A DNA stretch of 64,000 bases from Spirochaetota bacterium. Lineage in GTDB: Bacteria > Spirochaetota > UBA6919 > CBDBPB01. The translations under genes were made by a program, and so were the position numbers. Location: contig CBDBPB010000006.1 of NCBI GenBank assembly GCA_965208615.1, positions 64,001 to 128,000 on the forward strand, written 5' to 3'. Below the pieces are notes generated by a model, which was not told the origin of the DNA, did no database searches, and saw only the letters and a list, made by a program, of their open reading frames with translations. Position 1 is the stretch's first letter. Each line of letters opens with the position of its first letter. Of the stretch, positions 59,870 to 64,000 are shown piece by piece.

Positions 59870-62412
59870 TAGTATTATATATTATTTCTATATTGTTTAT
59901 TATACCTAGTTTTACTTTTTCCCAGAATGAAGATAGTGTTTTAATTTATGCTGAGAAGAAGAGATATATTTATGGAAAAAAATATTGGGACCTACTTGGC
60001 AATCCTGTTTTAAAAAAGGGTTCTGATAGTCTTTCTGCTAAGAGTATAAAATATTTTCAGGAAAAGAAAAGGGCAATTGCTAAGGGGAATATAAAAATAT
60101 TTAGTTATAAAGACTCCGTAGAAGTTTTTGGTAAATATGGGGAATATCATACTGATAGTGGTTATGCAAAGTTGATAACTGATACCAAGCTTATTGCTAT
60201 TAAGGATAATATAACTATTAATAGTGAGATTATAGAGCGTTTTAAAAAAAAGAAAATATATACTGCACGTAATAACGTTAAGATTGTTATGGAAAAGGAT
60301 AACGCTGTTATTACTGCTCAAAATGCTGTTTATAGCCTCTCCAAAAAGACTATAACGTTAAAAGGAAGCCCAATTATAAATCAAAATGGTTGGGAGTATA
60401 AAGCAAAAGAGATTATTTTTCATACTAAAACCAGAATTATAGTATTGAATGGTGAATCTGTTGCAAGAAAGGATAATCAGAAGATTATATCGGACAGGAT
60501 AGAGTATTATTCAGAACATCCCAAAAAGAAGTCTATTTTTACTGGCCATACCAAGTTTATAGAGTATTCAGATAAGCAATCCTTTTTAAGAGGTAAGCCA
60601 TATAGGGAGGTTTATGGTAAGAAAGTTATTTTTTATAATTATGGTGAGGGAAAGGCTGTTTTTTTGGGTAAGGCATTTATGACAGAGTTTTTTTTAAAAA
60701 AGGCTACTAAACCTAATAGAACAGATATTTTTATGTATAAGCGGCAGGGGAGTGCTGATACTATAAAGTATATTGGGGGCGATGAGAAAAAGGTTGCTCT
60801 AATTGGGAATGCAAAAATATTTGAGCCTAATAAGGTAGCATTTGCGGATCGCATTGACTATATTGATGGACGTGAAAAAATAGCTATTCTTAGGGGTAAG
60901 GCTTATTTTTACGAATTTTATAAAAAAAGTGAAAGTTATAGTAACTATAATTCTGTAAAGCTAAAGGCTAAGGCTAATACAATTAAGTATTTTACTGAGA
61001 AAGATAAAGTTATTTTAGAGGGTGGGGCAAATATCTTTGGGACAGATGGTTATCTACAGGGTGATAGAGTTATATATTGGAGTGGTGAAAAGGAATATGG
61101 CTATGCTGAGGGCAATGCACAATTAAATAGTAATAATGCAATAGCCACGGCTGATATAATTAAATACTTTAAAAAAGAGGAAAAGACTATTTTAGCTGGG
61201 AATGCTAGGTACAAAAAGGATGATATACGTGCAAGGGCAAGGTTGATAGAGCACTATGAAAAAGAGAATAAGACAAAATTAAAAGGGGATGTTTTAATAA
61301 TAGAAAATGGGGAGAAAAAAATAATCACCCAGGATATTGTTTATAAAAAAACCAAAGGTGTTGAGACTGCTACTTTGTTTGGTTGGTCTCAATTAATAAA
61401 GAAAAATAAGGTTTTGGCCGGCAATTATATTGAGTATTACAGTGATAAAAATGGAGAGAAGGTTTTTATAAGAGAAAAGGCCTCTTATAAAGAAAGGCAT
61501 AGTAAGAAGGACGAAGATGAGAAAAAGTGGATATTTGCTGATCAAATTATTTACTATACTATTCCAAAGCCGGGTGAGAGTAATGATGAGAAGATTTTAT
61601 TAAAAGGCAATACAAGGGTTATTAACTCCAAAAGAACTCTTAGTGGTGATAATGGGGAGTATTATATATCAAATAGTAGTAGTGGTAAAACTGAGAAGGG
61701 TTTTGTATATGGAAATTGCGAGATTATAAAAAAAGATACTTCTCAGCAGGCATTTTCAGATAGAGTTGAATATTTTAAGGATAAAGACTTAAAAGAAAGA
61801 TATTTGCTAAAAGGGAAAGTGGATTTTAATAATAAGGATAGGTTGGCTAACTCTGATAGTCTTACTATTTTTCCTGATTTTAAGCCTGGTATTGATAAAA
61901 TTATCTTTTTGGGGAGTCCTAATTTTGAGGATAGTGAAAGCTTTGCTAGAGGAGATAGAATTGAAATGCTTGATGGTAATATTAATCAAACAAGGATTTT
62001 TGGTAATGTAAAATTTGTTAATAAGAAAGAGTTTTCAGAGATTTCCAGCGGCTATCTACTCTTTGATGATGATAGGGAATATGTTAGAGTAGAAAAAGAG
62101 CCTGTATTTATTCAAAAAGATGATGATTTTATTATTTACGGTAATGTTATAGAAAGTTTTAGGGAAACAAAGATTTCTATTGCTACTGGGGATGTAAAGG
62201 CTATTCAAAAGTCTAAGACTATTTATGGTGAATATTTAAAATATATTAAAAAGGAAAAAAAGCTTTGGGTTGTAGGAAATGCTACCTTAGAAACAGATAA
62301 TAATATTACTAGGGCAAAAAGAATTGTTTTAAATACAAAAACTAAAGAGGTTGAGATGATTGGTGTTAGACGTAGTAAGCTTGATCCTTATGGCAAACCT
62401 AAAAAAGAATAA
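59866..62412 (+). CDS. lptA: Very long LptA/OstA-family beta-jellyroll protein
   Basis: Signal peptide; many repeats of A.xx.I.Y-x(5-8)-L.G.A/P; located between lptC and lptB with overlapping stop/start codons. Confidence 0.8.
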   Translation: MIVLYIISILFIIPSFTFSQNEDSVLIYAEKKRYIYGKKYWDLLGNPVLKKGSDSLSAKSIKYFQEKKRAIAKGNIKIFSYKDSVEVFGKYGEYHTDSGYAKLITDTKLIAIKDNITINSEIIERFKKKKIYTARNNVKIVMEKDNAVITAQNAVYSLSKKTITLKGSPIINQNGWEYKAKEIIFHTKTRIIVLNGESVARKDNQKIISDRIEYYSEHPKKKSIFTGHTKFIEYSDKQSFLRGKPYREVYGKKVIFYNYGEGKAVFLGKAFMTEFFLKKATKPNRTDIFMYKRQGSADTIKYIGGDEKKVALIGNAKIFEPNKVAFADRIDYIDGREKIAILRGKAYFYEFYKKSESYSNYNSVKLKAKANTIKYFTEKDKVILEGGANIFGTDGYLQGDRVIYWSGEKEYGYAEGNAQLNSNNAIATADIIKYFKKEEKTILAGNARYKKDDIRARARLIEHYEKENKTKLKGDVLIIENGEKKIITQDIVYKKTKGVETATLFGWSQLIKKNKVLAGNYIEYYSDKNGEKVFIREKASYKERHSKKDEDEKKWIFADQIIYYTIPKPGESNDEKILLKGNTRVINSKRTLSGDNGEYYISNSSSGKTEKGFVYGNCEIIKKDTSQQAFSDRVEYFKDKDLKERYLLKGKVDFNNKDRLANSDSLTIFPDFKPGIDKIIFLGSPNFEDSESFARGDRIEMLDGNINQTRIFGNVKFVNKKEFSEISSGYLLFDDDREYVRVEKEPVFIQKDDDFIIYGNVIESFRETKISIATGDVKAIQKSKTIYGEYLKYIKKEKKLWVVGNATLETDNNITRAKRIVLNTKTKEVEMIGVRRSKLDPYGKPKKE

Positions 62413-63134
62413 TGGCAAAATTAACAATTGACAATATAAGAAAGTCTTATAAAAAAAAAAAGGTAGTACAAGGTGTATCTTTTTATATGCATAAGGGTGA
62501 GGTAGTTGGACTCCTTGGTCCAAATGGAGCCGGCAAGACTACTACATTTTATATGGTAGTTGGTCTTGTGATGGCTGATTCTGGGAATATTTATTTGGAT
62601 GACCTAAATATTACAAAATACCCTATGTATAAGAGGTCTAAACTTGGAATAGGTTATTTATCTCAAGAGGCATCCATTTTTAGAAAGCTGACGGTTAGGG
62701 AGAATATATTGGCAATTTTGGAGTTGGAAAAGATATCGTCTAAGAAAAGGCGTCAGCGTTTAAATGAGCTTTTAGAACATCTTGATATTACACATATTAG
62801 GGATTCTAAGGGTTATTCTTTATCTGGCGGAGAAAGAAGAAGGACTGAAATTGCAAGAGCATTAGCGTCTAGACCTGCATTTCTTCTTTTGGACGAACCT
62901 TTTGCAGGTGTTGATCCTATAGCTGTTCAGGAGATACAGCGGATAGTAACTAGATTAAGGGATCAAAATATTGGTATTTTAATTACCGATCATAATGCTA
63001 GAGAGACTCTTCGTATAACAGATAGGTCATATATTTTAGCAGAAGGGAAGATTTGGTTTTACGGGTCTGCCGACGAACTTGCTAATAATGAAGAAGTCAA
63101 AGAGATTTATCTTGGCGACGAATTCTCTTTGTGA
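62412..63134 (+). CDS. lptB: LPS export ABC ATPase
   Basis: GEVVGLLGPNGAGKTT, YLSQEASIFRKL, LSGGERRR, DEPFAGVDP, ITDHN, YLG. Confidence 0.97.
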   Translation: MAKLTIDNIRKSYKKKKVVQGVSFYMHKGEVVGLLGPNGAGKTTTFYMVVGLVMADSGNIYLDDLNITKYPMYKRSKLGIGYLSQEASIFRKLTVRENILAILELEKISSKKRRQRLNELLEHLDITHIRDSKGYSLSGGERRRTEIARALASRPAFLLLDEPFAGVDPIAVQEIQRIVTRLRDQNIGILITDHNARETLRITDRSYILAEGKIWFYGSADELANNEEVKEIYLGDEFSL

Positions 63135-63392
63135 CATAATTAATTAGCTGTTTTTTTTGTTATTTTATTTGCTTTTTAGTAAAGTTTATTATATACTTAT
63201 ATATATACTACTAATAAGTTAAAACATGCAATAAAGGACTTAATAAACATTTTATTGATTTACTTATCTAATATATTGTTAATTTTTTTATCTTTTAAAT
63301 TATAAATACGTTAGGACAATTTTATTGTAAAATAACTAACTAATCTATTAACTTAATAGTTCAAACAATAAAAGACTAAAAACGGTTAAGAA

Positions 63393-64000
63393 ATGCCGAT
63401 GAAACCACCTAGAACCATAGGTTTGAGAATAGAAAAAGCTCAAAAGCTTGTTATCTCTCCACAATTACAACATGCTATTAAGTTATTACAGTTATCAAGT
63501 TTAGATTTGCTTAAAAAAGTAGAAACAGAATTGGCAGAAAATCCTTTTTTAGAGGAAAGCTGTGATGATAACCTTAATGAAGAAGATATTGCTGAAAAAG
63601 AAAAAATTGATTATACCATAGCTGGGGATTACAAAAAAGAAAGCAATAATAATGAAGATAACTTTTTTGAGGATTATAACTACTCTTCTTATACTAAAAA
63701 TACTAACCTATCTAACACTGATGGCAATAAACAGCAGTTTTTAGAAAATGCTTTTGCTGTAGAAGTAACAACTTATGAGCATCTTATTTCTCAGCTTAGG
63801 ATTATGGATATATCTGAGGAAGACTTTAAGACTGCAGAGATAATAATTTCTTCACTAAGTGAAAATGGCTATTTAGAAACTCCTATTGAAGAGATAAGTA
63901 ACTGTGTAAATAGAAATACAAAAGATGTTTTAAGGGTTTTAAAAATAATTCAAAACTTAGAACCTTGTGGTATTGGTGCAAGAAATCTTAAAGAAACTCT
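63393..64000 (+). CDS. rpoN: RNA polymerase sigma-54 factor, 5' part (runs off the window; absent from the ORF track)
   Basis: Translated by hand: MPMKPP..QKLVISPQLQHAIKLLQLSSLDL..ELAENPFLE..HLISQL..SLSENGYL..IQNLEPCGIGARNLKE; follows lptB as expected. Confidence 0.95.
   Translation, partial: MPMKPPRTIGLRIEKAQKLVISPQLQHAIKLLQLSSLDLLKKVETELAENPFLEESCDDNLNEEDIAEKEKIDYTIAGDYKKESNNNEDNFFEDYNYSSYTKNTNLSNTDGNKQQFLENAFAVEVTTYEHLISQLRIMDISEEDFKTAEIIISSLSENGYLETPIEEISNCVNRNTKDVLRVLKIIQNLEPCGIGARNLKET

Noticed and set aside
63377-63402. TAAA-N14-GCCGATGA sigma28-like motif at the rpoN start (a similar N14 case lies near 53494-53519)
   Set aside because: Spacing is short and the -10 overlaps the rpoN start codons.

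Overview
Very AT-rich, gene-dense bacterial chromosome segment with no integrase, transposase, rRNA or CRISPR array. Spirochaete-type lipoboxes, fliN, a Leptospira-like LRR lipoprotein, LPS genes (lpxC, lptC-lptA-lptB-rpoN) and futalosine menaquinone genes suggest an LPS-producing Spirochaetota bacterium (inference). Most of the window is housekeeping: lpxC, glmM-like, rdgB, leuA, rpmB, ftsI-like, murB, glgC-like, trpS, glmS, hemL, apt, panC, glgA, mqnEAC, purB, gcvH, tRNA-Ala(GGC), ygfA, folC. The standout is a four-gene minus-strand cluster (15672 to 7608). It encodes a 2-TM periplasmic sensor-like protein; a large sensor-HAMP-MFS transporter-Cys4/DUF5939-like-pseudo-adenylate cyclase fusion whose cyclase tail is hidden behind a frameshift at about 11578; an orphan ABC-type substrate-binding protein; and an intact Cache-HAMP adenylate cyclase. 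This looks like a transporter-coupled ('transceptor') cAMP signalling system. Other notable items: a Leu-rich leader peptide with alternative pairings over the leuA ribosome-binding site, an ATP-grasp/FMN hydroxy-acid oxidase fusion, an 848-aa multi-repeat LptA, a GluR0-like K+ channel, several apparent pseudo-enzymes (CheB, GlgC, LpxC D246A, M23), a dispersed 31-47 bp repeat in three copies, and homopolymer frameshifts that may be assembly errors or phase variation. All product calls come from motif recognition by eye, not database searches.
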